A DNA stretch of 63,997 nucleotides, the filler included, from Raillietiella orientalis (Eukaryota): assembly GCA_036172245.1 (NCBI GenBank). It is 3 parts of 3 records of this genome, joined end to end, with 100 filler letters (N's around TTAATTAATTAA, not from the genome) between each part and the next. Parts side by side here need not be neighbours in the genome. Positions count along the whole stretch, not along the records: positions 28,146 to 56,034 come from JAYWIR010000211.1; 2 more parts are not named here. One strand, written 5' to 3'. Numbering within the stretch: the first letter of the stretch is position 1; each line of letters opens with the position of its first letter. The translations under genes and the position numbers were made by a program. Below, one piece after another: positions 40,101 through 55,100 of this stretch. The notes beneath the pieces were generated by a model, which was not told where the DNA came from, did no database searches, and saw only the letters and a list, made by a program, of their open reading frames with translations.

Positions 40101-43100
40101 AAATGGACGCTTCGGTTAGAGGCTCAAAAGTGCAAAGGGGTCATCTGCTGATTTCGAATTGATTAGGAACCCTTAAACGTCCAAATTCGGTCCACATAAT
40201 GAATCAAATTGACGGAAAGCATTCCCTTTCTAATTCCGACACTGGTAACCATGAAAACGAAACAGAGTCCAAAGTGCCCCACCCTAAGGAAAGGACGCAC
40301 TCATCTCAATGTTCTTCTGAATCCAGTCAAATGCACGTTTGTGCGGGTATCCATGACGGTAATTTTCAACTCACTGCAAATGGACGCTTCAGGGGGAGGC
40401 GCAAAAGTGCAAAGGTGTCATCTGCTGATTTCGAATTGATTACAAACCCTTAAACGTCCAAATTCGGTCAATATAATGAATCAAAGTCAAGGAAAACCTT
40501 CCCTTTCTGATTCCGACACTGGTGACCATGAAAACGAAACAGAGACCAAAGTGCCCCACCCGAAGGAAAGGACGCACTCATCTCAAGGTTTTCTGAATCC
40601 AGTCAAATGGACGTTTGTGCAGCTATCCATGCCACGAATTTCCCGCTCGCTGCAAATGGACGCTTCGGGGAGAGGCGCAAAAGTGCAAAGGTGTCATCTG
40701 CTGATTTCGAATTGATTACAAACCTTCAAACGTCCAAATTCGGTCCACATAATGAATCAAATTTACGGAAAACATTCCCTTTCTAATTCCGACACTGGTA
40801 GCCATGAAAACGAAACAGAGACCAAAGTGCCCCACCCTAAGGAAAGGACGCACTCATCTCAATGTTCTTCTGAACCCAGTCAAATGTACGTATACAGCTA
40901 TCCATGACACGAATTTGCCGCTCGCTGCAAATGGACGCTTCGGTGAGAGGCGCAAAAGTGCAAAGGTGTCATCTGCTGATTTCGAATTGATTACAAACCC
41001 TTAAACGTCCAAATTCGGTCCACATAATGAATCAAAGTGAAGGAAAACCTTCCCTTTCTGATTCCGACACTGGTAGCCATGAAAACGAAACAGAGACCAA
41101 AGTGCCCCACCCTAAGGAAAGGACGCACTCATCTCAATGTTCTTCTGAATCCAGTCAAATGGACGTTTGTGCGGGTATCCATGACGCTAATTTGCAACTC
41201 ACTGCAAATGGACGCTTCGGGGAGAGGCGCAAAGGTGCAAGGGTGTCATCTGCTGATTTCGAATTCATTACAAACCCTTAAATGTCCAAATTCGGTCCAT
41301 ATAATGAATCAAATTGAAAGAATACCTTCCCTTTCTAATTGCGACACTGGTGACCATGAAAACGAAACAGAGTCCAAAGTGCCCCACCCTAAGGAAAGCA
41401 CGCACTCATCTCAATGTTCTTCTGAACGCAGTCAACTGGACGTATGTGCGGCTATCCATGACGCTAATTTGCAACTCACTGCAAATGGACGCTTCGGTTA
41501 GAGGCTCAAAAGTGCAAAGGGGTCATCTGCTGATTTCGAATTGATTACAAACCCTTAAACGTCCAAATTCGGTCCACATAATGAATCAAATTGACGGAAA
41601 GCATTCCCTTTCTAATTCCGACACTGGTAACCATGAAAACGAAACAGAGTCCAAAGTGCCCCACCCTAAGGAAAGGACGCACTCATCTCAATGTTCTTCT
41701 GAACCCAGTCAAATGGACGTTTGTGCGGCTATCCATGCCACGAATTTGCCGCTCGCTGCAAATGGACGCTTCGGGGAGAGGAGCAAAAGTTCAAAGGAGT
41801 CATCTACTGATTTCGAGTTGATTACAAACCCTTAAACGTCCAACTTCGGTCCACATTATGAATCAAAGTGAAGAAAAACCTTCTCTTTCTAATTCCGACA
41901 CTGGTAACCATGAAAACGAAACAGAGTCCAAAGTGCCCCACCCTAAGGAAAGGACGCACTCATCTCAATGTTCTTCTGAACCCAGTCAAATGGACGTATG
42001 TGCAGCTATCCATGCCACGAATTTGCCGCTCGCTGCAAATGGACGCTTCGGGGAGAGGCGCAAAAGTGCAAAGGTGTCATGTGCTGATTTCGAATTGATT
42101 ACAAACCCTTAAACGTCCAAATTCGGTCCATATAATGAATCAAAGTGAAGGAAAACCTTCCCTTTCTGATTCCGACACTGGTGACCATGAAAACGAAACA
42201 GAGACCAAAGTGCCCCACCCGAAGGAAAGGACGCACTCATCTCAAGGTTTTCTGAATCCAGTCAAATGGACGTTTGTGCAGCTATCCATGCCACGAATTT
42301 CCCGCTCGCTGCAAATGGACGCTTCGGGGAGAGGTGCAAAAGTGCAAAGGTGTCATCTGCTGATTTCGAATTGATTACAAACCTTTAAACGTCCAAATTC
42401 GGTCCACATAATGAATCAAATTTACGGAAAACATTCCCTTTCTAATTCCGACACTGGTAGCCATGAAAACGTAACAGAGACCAAAGTGCCCCACCCTAAG
42501 TAAAGGACGCACTCATCTCAAGGTTTTCTGAATCCAGTCAACTGGACGTATGTGCGGCTATCCATGACGCTAATTTGCAACTCACTGCAAATGGACGCTT
42601 CGGTTAGAGGCTCAAAAGTGCAAAGGGGTCATCTGCTGATTTCGAATTGATTACAAACCCTTAAACGTCCAAATTCGGTCCACATAATGAATCAAATTGA
42701 CGGAAAGCATTCCCTTTCTAATTCTGACACTGGTAACCATGAAAACGAAACAGAGTCCAAAGTGTTCCACCCTAAGGAAAGGACGCACTCATCTCAATGT
42801 TCTTCTGAACCCAGTCAAATGGACGTATGTGCAGCTATCCATGCCACGAATTTGCCGCTCGCTGCAAATGGACGCTTCGGTTAGAGGCTCAAAAGTGCAA
42901 AGGTGTCATCTGCTGATTTCGAATTGATTACAAACCCTTAAACGTCCAAATTCGGTCCATATAATGAATCAAAGTGAAGGAAAACCTTCCCTTTCTGATT
43001 CCGACACTGGTGACCATGAAAACGAAACAGAGACCAAAGTGCCCCACCCTAAGGAAAGGACGCACTCATCTCAAGGTTTTCTGAATCCAGTCAAATGGAC

Positions 43101-46100
43101 GTATGTGCAGCTATCCATGCCACGAATTTGCCGCTCGCTGCAAATGGACGCTTCGGGGAGAGGCGCAAAAGTGCAAAGGTGTCATCTGCTGATTTCGAAT
43201 TGATTACAAACCCTTAAACGTCCAAATTCGGTCCATATAATGAATCAAAGTGAAGGAAAACCTTCCCTTTCTGATTCCGACACTGGTGACCATGAAAACG
43301 AAACACAGACCAAAGTGCCCCACCCGAAGGAAAGGACGCACTCATCACAAGGTTTTCTGATTTCAGTCAAATGGACGTATGTGCAGCTATCCATGCCACG
43401 AATTTCCCGCTCGCTGCAAATGGAGGCTTCGGGGAGAGGCGCAAAAGTGCAAAGGTGTCATGTGCTGATTTCGAATTGATTACAAACCCTTAAACGTCCA
43501 AATTCGGTCCATATAATGAATCAAAGTGAAGGAAAACCTTCCCTTTCTGAATCCGACACTGGTGGCCATGAAAACGAAACAGAGTCCAAAGTGCCCCACC
43601 CTAAGGAAAGGACGCACTCATCTCAATCTTCTTCTGAACCCAGTCAAATGGACGTTTGTGCGGCTATCCATGCCACGAATTTGCCGCTCGCTGCAAATGG
43701 ACGCTTCGGGGAGAGGCGCAAAAGTGCAAAGGTGTCATCTGCTGATTTCGAATTAATTACAAACCCTTGAACCTCCAAATTCGGTACACATAATGAATCA
43801 AATTGACGGAAAAAATTCCCTTTCTAATTCCGACACTGGTAGCCATGAAAACGAAACAGAGACCAAAGTGCCCCACCCTAAGGAAAGGACGCGCTCATCT
43901 CAATGTTCTTCTGAAGCCAGTCAAATGTACGTATGTGCAGCTATCCATGCCACGAATTTGCCGCTCGCTGCAAATGGACGCTTCGGGGAGAGGCGCAAAA
44001 GTGCAAAGGTGTCATGTGCTGATTTCGAATTGATTACAAACCCTTAAACGTCCAAATTCGGTCCATATAATGAATCAAAGTGAAGGAAAACCTTCCCTTT
44101 CTGATTCCGACACTGGTGACCATGAAAACGAAACAGAGACCAAAGTGCCCCACCCGAAGGAAAGGACGCACTCATCTCAAGGTTTTCTGAATCCAGTCAA
44201 ATGGACGTATGTGCAGCTATCCATGCCACGAATTTCCCGCTCGCTGCAAATGGACGCTTCGGGGAGAGGCGCAAAAGTGCAAAGGTGTCATCTGCTGATT
44301 TCGAATTGATTACAAACCTTTAAACGTCCAAATTCGGTCCACATAATGAATCAAATTTACGGAAAACATTCCCTTTCTAATTCCGACACTGGTAGCCATG
44401 AAAACGAAACAGAGACCAAAGTGCCCCACCCTAAGGAAAGGACGCACTCATCTCAAGGTTTTCTGAATCCAGTCAAATGGACGTTTGTGCGGGTATCTAT
44501 GACGGTAATTTTCAACTCACTGCAAATGGACGCTTCGGTGAGAGGCACAAAAGTGCAAAGGTGTCATCTGCTGATTTCGAATTAATTACAAACCCTTGAA
44601 CCTCCAAATTCGGTCCACATAATGAATCAAATTGACGGAAAAAATTCCCTTTCTAATTCTGACACTGGTAACCATGAAAACGAAACAGAGTCCAAAGTGC
44701 CCCACCCTAAGGAAAGGACGCACTCATCTCAATGTTCTTCTGAACCCAGTCAAATGGACGTTTGTGCGGCTATCCATGCCACGAATTTGCCGCTCGCTGC
44801 AAATGGACGCTTCGGGGAGAGGCGCAAAAGTTCAAAGGTGTCATCTGCTGATTTCGAATTGATTACAAACCCTTAAACGTCCAAATTCGGTCCATATAAT
44901 GAATCAAAGTGAAGGAAAACCTTCCCTTTCTGATTCCGACACTGGTGACCATGAAAACGAAACAGAGACCAAAGTGCCCCACCCGAAGGAAAGGACGCAC
45001 TCATCTCAAGGTTTTCTGAATCCAGTCAAATGGACGTATGTGCAGCTATCCATGCCACGAATTTCCCGCTCGCTGCAAATGGACGCTTCGGGGAGAGGCG
45101 CAAAAGTGCAAAGGTGTCATCTGCTGATTTCGAATTGATTACAAACCCTTAAACGTCCAAATTCGGTCCATATAATGAATCAAAGTGAAGGAAAACCTTC
45201 CCTTTCTGATTCCGACACTGGTGACCATGAAAACGAAACAGAGTCCAAAGTGCCCCACCCTAAGGAAAGGACGCACTCATCTCAATGTTCTTCTGAATCC
45301 AGTCAAATGGACGTATGTGCAGCTATCCATGCCACGAATTTCCCGCTCGCTGCAAATGGACGCTTCGGGGAGAGGCGCAAAAGTGCAAAGGTGTCATCTG
45401 CTGATTTCGAATTGATTACAAACCCTTAAACGTCCAAATTCGGTCCATATAATGAATCAAAGTGAAGGAAAACCTTCCCTTTCTAATTCCGACACTGGTG
45501 ACCATGAAAACGAAACAGAGTCCAAAGTGCCCCACCCTAAGGAAAGCACGCACTCATCTCAATGTTCTTCTGAACCCAGTCAACTGGACGTATGTGCGGC
45601 TATCCATGACGCTAATTTGCAACTCACTGCAAATGGACGCTTCGGTTAGAGGCGCAAAAGTGCAAAGGGGTCATCTGCTGATTTCGAATTGATTACAAAC
45701 CCTTAAACGTCCAAATTCGGTCCACATAATGAATCAAATTGACGGAAAACATTCCCTTTCTAATTCCGACACTGGTAGCCATGAAAACGAAACAGAGTCC
45801 AAAGTGCCCCACCCTAAGGAAAGGACGCACTCATCTCAATGTTCTTCTGAACCCAGTCAAATGTACGTATGTGCAGCTATCCATGACACGAATTTGCCGC
45901 TCGCTGCAAATGGACGCTTCGGGGAGAGGCGCAAAAGTGCAAAGGTGTCATCTGCTGATTTCGAATTGATTACAAACCCTTAAACGTCCAAATTCGGTCC
46001 CCTCAATGAATCAAAGAGAAGAAAACATTCCCTTTCTAATTCCGACACTGGTAACCATGAAAACGAAACAGAGTCCAAAGTGCCCCACCCTAAGGAAAGG

Positions 46101-49100
46101 ACGCACTCATCTCAATGTTCTTCTGAACCCAGTCAAATGTACGTATGTGCAGCTATCCATGCCACGAATTTCCCGCTCGCTGCAAATGGACGCTTCGGGG
46201 AGAGGCGCAAAAGTGCAAAGGTGTCATCTGCTGATTTCGAATTGATTACAAACCTTCAAAAGTCCAAATTCGGTCCACATAATGAATCAAATTTACGGAA
46301 AACATTCCCTTTCTAATTCCGACACTGGTAGCCATGAAAACGAAACAGAGACCAAAGTGCCCCACCCTAAGGAAAGGACGCACTCATCTCAATGTTCTTC
46401 TGAATCCAGTCAAATGGACGTTTGTGCGGGTATCCATGACGCTAATTTGCAACTCACTGCAAATGGACGCTTCGGGGAGAGGCGCAAAGGTGCAAGGGTG
46501 TCATCTGCTGATTTCGAATTCATTACAAACCCTTAAATGTCCAAATTCGGTCCATATAATGAATCAAATTGAAAGAATACCTTCCCTTTCTAATTCCGAC
46601 ACTGGTGACCATGAAAACGAAACAGAGACCAAAGTGCCCCACCCTAAGGAAAGGACGCACTCATCTCAATGTTCTTCTGAATCCAGTCAAATGGACGTAT
46701 GTGCAGCTATCCATGCCACGAATTTCCCGCTCGCTGCAAATGGACGCTTCGGGGAGAGGCGCAAAAGTGCAAAGGTGTCATCTGCTGATTTCGAATTGAT
46801 TACAAACCTTTAAACGTCCAAATTCGGTCCACATAATGAATCAAATTTACGGAAAACATTCCCTTTCTAATTCCGACACTGGTAGCCATGAAAACGTAAC
46901 AGAGACCAAAGTGCCCCACCCTAAGGAAAGGACGCACTCATCTCAAGGTTTTCTGAATCCAGTCAAATGGACGTTTGTGCGGGTATCTATGACGGTAATT
47001 TTCAACTCACTGCAAATGGACGCTTCGGTGAGAGGCACAAAAGTGCAAAGGTGTCATCTGCTGATTTCGAATTAATTACAAACCCTTGAACCTCCAAATT
47101 CGGTCCACATAATGAATCAAATTGACGGAAAAAATTCCCTTTCTAATTCTGACACTGGTAACCATGAAAACGAAACAGAGTCCAAAGTGCCCCACCCTAA
47201 GGAAAGGACGCACTCATCTCAATGTTCTTCTGAACCCAGTCAAATGGACGTTTGTGCGGCTATCCATGCCACGAATTTGCCGCTCGCTGCAAATGGACGC
47301 TTCGGGGAGAGGAGCAAAAGTTCAAAGGAGTCATCTACTGATTTCGAGTTGATTACAAACCCTTAAACGTCCAACTTCGCTCCACATTATGAATCAAAGT
47401 GAAGAAAAACCTTCCCTTTCTAATTCCGACACTGGTAACCATGAAAACGAAACAGAGTCCAAAGTGCCCCACCCTAAGGAAAGGACACACTCATCTCAAT
47501 GTTCTTCTGAACCCAGTCAAATGGACGTATGTGCAGCTATCCATGCCACGAATTTCCCGCTCGCTGCAAATGGACGCTTCGGGGAGAGGCGCAAAAGTGC
47601 AAAGGTGTCATGTGCTGATTTCGAATTGATTACAAACCCTTAAACGTCCAAATTCGGTCCATATAATGAATCAAAGTGAACGAAAACCTTCCCTTTCTGA
47701 TTCCGACACTGGTGACCATGAAAACGAAACAGAGACCAAAGTGCCCCACCCGAAGGAAAGGACGCACTCATCTCAATGTTTTCTGAATCCAGTCAAATGG
47801 ACGTATGTGCAGCTATCCATGCCACGAATTTCCCGCTCGCTGCAAATGGACGCTTCGGGGAGAGGCGCAAAAGTGCAAAGGTGTCATGTGCTGATTTCGA
47901 ATTGATTACAAACCCTTAAACGTCCAAATTCGGTCCACATAATGAATCAAATTGACGGAAAACATTCCCTTTCTAATTCCGACACTGGTGACCATGAAAA
48001 CGAAACAGAGACCAAAGTGCCCCACCCTAAGGAAAGGACGCACTCATCTCAATGTTCTTCTGAATCCAGTCAAATGGACGTTTGTGCGGTATCCATGACG
48101 CTAATTTTCAACTCACTGCAAATGGACGCTTCGGGGAGAGGCGCAAAAGTGCAAAGGTGTCATCTGCTGATTTCGAATTGATTACAAACCCTTAAACGTC
48201 CAAATTCGGTCCACATAATGAATCAAATTGAAAGAATACCTCCCCTTTCTAATTGCGACACTGGTGGCCATGAAAACGAAACAGAGTCCAAAGTGCCCCA
48301 CCCTAAGGAAAGCACGCACTCATCTCAAGGTTTTCTGAATCCAGTCAAATGGACGTTTGTGCAGCTATCCATGCCACGAATTTCCCGCTCGCTGCAAATG
48401 GACGCTTCGGTGAGAGGTGCAAAAGTGCAAAGGTGTCATCTGCTGATTTCGAATTGATTACAAACCTTTAAACGTCCAAATTCGGTCAACATAATGAATC
48501 AAATTTACGGAAAACATTCCCTTTCTAATTCCGACACTGGTAGCCGTGAAAACGTAACAGAGACCAAAGTGCCCCACCCTAAGGAAAGGACGCACTCATC
48601 TCAAGGTTTTCTGAATCCAGTCAAATGGACGTTTGTGCGGGTATCTATGACGGTAATTTTCAACTCACTGCAAATGGACGCTTCGGTGAGAGGCACAAAA
48701 GTGCAAAGGTGTCATCTGCTGATTTCGAATTAATTACAAACCCTTGAACCTCCAAATTCGGTCCACATAATGAATCAAATTGACGGAAAAAATTCCCTTT
48801 CTAATTCTGACACTGGTAACCATGAAAACGAAACAGAGTCCAAAGTGCCCCACCCTAAGGAAAGGACGCACTCATCTCAATGTTCTTCTGAACCCAGTCA
48901 AATGGACGTTTGTGCGGCTATCCATGCCACGAATTTGCCGCTCGCTGCAAATGGACGCTTCGGGGAGAGGCGCAAAAGTGCAAAGGTGTCATCTGCTGAT
49001 TTCGAATTGATTACAAACCCTTAAACGTCCAAATTCGGTCCACATAATGAATCAAAGTGAAGGAAAACCTTCCCTTTCTAATTCCGACACTGGTAACCAT

Positions 49101-52100
49101 GAAAACGAAACAGAGTCCAAAGTGCCCCACCCTAAGGAAAGGACGCACTCATCTCAATGTTCTTCTGAACCCAGTCAAATGGACGTATGTGCAGCTATCC
49201 ATGCCACGAATTTCCCGCTCGCTGCAAATGGACGCTTCGGGGAGAGGCGCAAAAGTGCAAAGGTGTCATGTGCTGATTTCGAATTGATTACAAACCCTTA
49301 AACGTCCAAATTCGGTCCATATAATGAATCAAAGTGAACGAAAACCTTCCCTTTCTGATTCCGACACTGGTGACCATGAAAACGAAACAGAGACCAAAGT
49401 GCCCCACCCGAAGGAAAGGACGCACTCATCTAAGGGTTTTCTGAATCCAGTCAAATGGAAGTTTGTGCGGGTATCTATGACGGTAATTTTCAACTCACTG
49501 CAAATGGACGCTTCGGTGAGAGGCACAAAAGTGCAAAGGTGTCATCTGCTGATTTCGAATTAATTACAAACCCTTGAACCTCCAAATTCGGTCCACATAA
49601 TGAATCAAATTGACGGAAAAAATTCCCTTTCTAATTCCGACACTGGTAACCATGAAAACGAAACAGAGTCCAAAGTGCCCCACCCTAAGGAAAGGACGCA
49701 CTCATCTCAATGTTCTTCTGAACCCAGTCAAATGGACGTATGTGCAGCTATCCATGCCACGAATTTCCCGCTCGCTGCAAATGGACGCTTCGGGGAGAGG
49801 CGCAAAAGTGCAAAGGTGTCATGTGCTGATTTCGAATTGATTACAAACCCTTAAACGTCCAAATTCGGTCCATATAATGAATCAAAGTGAAGGAAAACCT
49901 TCCCTTTCTGATTCCGACACTGGTGACCATGAAAACGAAACAGAGACCAAAGTGCCCCACCCGAAGGAAAGGACGCACTCATCTAAGGTTTTTCTGAATC
50001 CAGTCAAATGGAAGTTTGTGCGGGTATCTATGACGGTAATTTTCAACTCACTGCAAATGGACGCTTCGGTGAGAGGCACAAAAGTGCAAAGGTGTCATCT
50101 GCTGATTTCGAATTAATTACAAACCCTTGAACCTCCAAATTCGGTCCACATAATGAATCAAATTGACGGAAAAAATTCCCTTTCTAATTCTGACACTGGT
50201 AACCATGAAAACGAAACAGAGTCCAAAGTGCCCCACCCTAAGGAAAGGACGCACTCATCTCAATGTTCTTCTGAACCCAGTCAAATGGACGTTTGTGCGG
50301 CTATCCATGCCACGAATTTGCCGCTCGCTGCAAATGGACGCTTCGGGGAGAGGAGCAAAAGTTCAAAGGAGTCATCTACTGATTTCGAGTTGATTACAAA
50401 CCCTTAAACGTCCAACTTCGGTCCACATTATGAATCAAAGTGAAGAAAAACCTTCCCTTTCTAATTCCGACACTGGTAACCATGAAAACGAAACAGAGTC
50501 CAAAGTGCCCCACCCTAAGGAAAGGACGCACTCATCTCAATGTTCTTCTGAACCCAGTCAAATGGGCGTATGTGCAGCTATCCATGCCACGAGTTTGCCG
50601 CTCGCTGCACATGGACGCTTCGGAGAGAGGCGCAAAAGTGCAAAGGTGTCATCTGCTGATTTCGAATTGATTACAAACCCTTAAACGTCCAAATTCGGTC
50701 CATATAATGAATCAAAGTGAAGGAAAACCTTCCCTTTCTGATTCCGACACTGGTGACCAGGAAAACGAAACAGAGACCAAAGTGTCCCACCCGAAGGAAA
50801 GGACGCACTCATCTCAAGGTTTTCTGAATCCAGTCAAATGGACGTATGTGCAGCTATCCATGCCACGAATTTGCCGTTCGCTGCAAATGGACGCTTCGGG
50901 GAGAGGCGCAAAAGTGCAAAGGTGTCATGTGCTGATTTCGAATTGATTACAAACCCTTAAACGTACAAATTCGGTCCATATAATGAATCAAAGTGAGGGA
51001 AAACCTTCCATTTCTGATTCCGACACTGGTGACCATGAAAACGAAACAGAGACCAAAGTGCCCCACCCGAAGGAAAGGACGCACTCATCTCAAGGTTTTC
51101 TGAATCCAGTCAAATGGACGTATGTGCAGCTATCCATGCCACGAATTTGCCGCTCGCTGCAAATGGACGCTTCGGGGAGAGGCGCAAAAGTGGAAAGGTG
51201 TCATGTGCTGATTTCGAATTGATTACAAACCCTTAAACGTCCAAATTCGGTCCATATAATAAATCAAAGTGAAGGAAAACCTTCCCTTTCTGATTCCGAC
51301 ACTGGTGACCATGAAAACGAAACAGAGACCAAAGTGCCCCACCCGAAGGAAAGGACGCTCTGATCTCAAGGTTTTCTGAATCCAGTCAAATGGACGATTG
51401 TGCAGCTATCCATGCCACGAATTTGCCGCTCGCTGCAAATGGACGCTTCGGGGAGAGGCGCAAAAGTGCAAAGGTGTCATCTGCTGATTTCGAATTGATT
51501 ACAAACCTTTAAACGTCCAAATTCGGTCCACATAATGAATCAAATTTACGGAAAACATTCCCTTTCTAATTCCGACACTGGTAGCCATGAAAACGTAACA
51601 GAGACCAAAGTGCCCCACCCTAAGGAAAGGACGCACTCATCTCAAGGTTTTCTGAATCCAGTCAAATGGACGTTTGTGCGGGTATCTATGACATTAATTT
51701 TCAACTCACTGCAAATGGACGCTTCGGTGAGAGGCACAAAAGTGCAAAGGTGTCATCTGCTGATTTCGAATTAATTACAAACCCTTGAACCTCCAAATTC
51801 GGTCCACATAATGAATCAAATTGACGGAAAAAATTCCCTTTCTAATTCTGACACTGGTAACCATGAAAACGAAACAGAGTCCAAAGTGCCCCACCCTAAG
51901 GAAAGGACGCACTCATCTCAATGTTCTTCTGAACCCAGTCAAATGGACGTTTGTGCGGCTATCCATGCCACGAATTTGCCGCTCGCTGCAAATGGACGCT
52001 TCGGGGAGAGGAGCAAAAGTTCAAAGGAGTCATCTACTGATTTCGAGTTGATTACAAACCCTTAAACGTCCAACTTCGCTCCACATTATGAATCAAAGTG

Positions 52101-55100
52101 AAGAAAAACCTTCCCTTTCTAATTCCGACACTGGTAACCATGAAAACGAAACAGAGTCCAAAGTGCCCCACCCTAAGGAAAGGACGCACTCATCTCAATG
52201 TTCTTCTGAACCCAGTCAAATGGACGTTTGTGCGGCTATCCATGCCACGAATTTGCCGCTCGCTGCAAATGGACGCTTCGGGGAGAGGAGCAAAAGTTCA
52301 AAGGAGTCATCTACTGATTTCGAGTTGATTACAAACCCTTAAACGTCCAACTTCGGTCCACATTATGAATCAAAGTGAAGAAAAACCTTCCCTTTCTAAT
52401 TCCGACACTGGTAACCATGAAAACGAAACAGAGTCCAAAGTGCCCCACCCTAAGGAAAGGACGCACTCATCTCAATGTTCTTCTGAACCCAGTCAAATGG
52501 ACGTTTGTGCGGCTATCCATGCCACGAATTTGCCGCTCGCTGCAAATGGACGCTTCGGGGAGAGGAGCAAAAGTTCAAAGGAGTCATCTACTGATTTCGA
52601 GTTGATTACAAACCCTTAAACGTCCAACTTCGGTCCACATTATGAATCAAAGTGAAGAAAAACCTTCCCTTTCTAATTCCGACACTGGTAACCATGAAAA
52701 CGAAACAGAGTCCAAAGTGCCCCACCCTAAGGAAAGGACGCACTCATCTCAATGTTCTTCTGAACCCAGTCAAATGGACGTATGTGCAGCTATCCATGCC
52801 ACGAGTTTGCCGCTCGCTGCACATGGACGCTTCGGAGAGAGGCGCAAAAGTGCAAAGGTGTCATCTGCTGATTTCGAATTGATTACAAACCCTTAAACGT
52901 CCAAATTCGGTCCATATAATGAATCAAAGTGAAGGAAAACCTTCCCTTTCTGATTCCGACACTGGTGACCAGGAAAACGAAACAGAGACCAAAGTGTCCC
53001 ACCCGAAGGAAAGGACGCACTCATCTCAAGGTTTTCTGAATCCAGTCAAATGGACGTATGTGCAGCTATCCATGCCACGAATTTGCCGTTCGCTGCAAAT
53101 GGACGCTTCGGGGAGAGGCGCAAAAGTGCAAAGGTGTCATGTGCTGATTTCGAATTGATTACAAACCCTTAAACGTACAAATTCGGTCCATATAATGAAT
53201 CAAAGTGAGGGAAAACCTTCCATTTCTGATTCCGACACTGGTGACCATGAAAACGAAACAGAGACCAAAGTGCCCCACCCGAAGGAAAGGACGCACTCAT
53301 CTCAAGGTTTTCTGAATCCAGTCAAATGGACGTATGTGCAGCTATCCATGCCACGAATTTGCCGCTCGCTGCAAATGGACGCTTCGGGGAGAGGCGCAAA
53401 AGTGGAAAGGTGTCATGTGCTGATTTCGAATTGATTACAAACCCTTAAACGTCCAAATTCGGTCCATATAATAAATCAAAGTGAAGGAAAACCTTCCCTT
53501 TCTGATTCCGACACTGGTGACCATGAAAACGAAACAGAGACCAAAGTGCCCCACCCGAAGGAAAGGACGCTCTGATCTCAAGGTTTTCTGAATCCAGTCA
53601 AATGGACGATTGTGCAGCTATCCATGCCACGAATTTGCCGCTCGCTGCACATGGACGCTTCGGAGAGAGGCGCAAAAGTGCAAAGGTGTCATGTGCTGAT
53701 TTCGAATTGATTACAAACCCTTAAACGTCCAAATTCGGTCCATATAATGAATCAAAGTGAAGGAAAACCTTCCCTTTCTGATTCCGACACTGGTAACCAT
53801 GAAAACGAAACAGAGTCCAAAGTGCCCCACCCTAAGGAAAGCACGCACTCATCTCAATGTTCTTCTGAACCCAGTCAAATGGACGTATGTGCAGCTATCC
53901 ATGCCACGAATTTCCCGCTCGCTGCAAATGGACGCTTCGGGGAGAGGAGCAAAAGTTCAAAGGAGTCATCTACTGATTTCGAGTTGATTACAAACCCTTA
54001 AACGTCCAACTTCGGTCCACATTATGAATCAAAGTGAAGAAAAACCTTCCCTTTCTAATTCCGACACTGGTAACCATGAAAACGAAACAGAGTCCAAAGT
54101 GCCCCACCCTAAGGAAAGGACGCACTCATCTCAATGTTCTTCTGAACCCAGTCAAATGGGCGTATGTGCAGCTATCCATGCCACGAGTTTGCCGCTCGCT
54201 GCACATGGACGCTTCGGAGAGAGGCGCAAAAGTGCAAAGGTGTCATCTGCTGATTTCGAATTGATTACAAACCCTTAAACGTCCAAATTCGGTCCATATA
54301 ATGAATCAAAGTGAAGGAAAACCTTCCCTTTCTGATTCCGACACTGGTGACCAGGAAAACGAAACAGAGACCAAAGTGTCCCACCCGAAGGAAAGGACGC
54401 ACTCATCTCAAGGTTTTCTGAATCCAGTCAAATGGACGTATGTGCAGCTATCCATGCCACGAATTTGCCGTTCGCTGCAAATGGACGCTTCGGGGAGAGG
54501 CGCAAAAGTGCAAAGGTGTCATGTGCTGATTTCGAATTGATTACAAACCCTTAAACGTACAAATTCGGTCCATATAATGAATCAAAGTGAGGGAAAACCT
54601 TCCATTTCTGATTCCGACACTGGTGACCATGAAAACGAAACAGAGACCAAAGTGCCCCACCCGAAGGAAAGGACGCACTCATCTCAAGGTTTTCTGAATC
54701 CAGTCAAATGGACGTATGTGCAGCTATCCATGCCACGAATTTGCCGCTCGCTGCAAATGGACGCTTCGGGGAGAGGCGCAAAAGTGGAAAGGTGTCATGT
54801 GCTGATTTCGAATTGATTACAAACCCTTAAACGTCCAAATTCGGTCCATATAATAAATCAAAGTGAAGGAAAACCTTCCCTTTCTGATTCCGACACTGGT
54901 GACCATGAAAACGAAACAGAGACCAAAGTGCCCCACCCGAAGGAAAGGACGCTCTGATCTCAAGGTTTTCTGAATCCAGTCAAATGGACGATTGTGCAGC
55001 TATCCATGCCACGAATTTGCCGCTCGCTGCACATGGACGCTTCGGAGAGAGGCGCAAAAGTGCAAAGGTGTCATCTGCTGATTTCGAATTAATTACAAAC

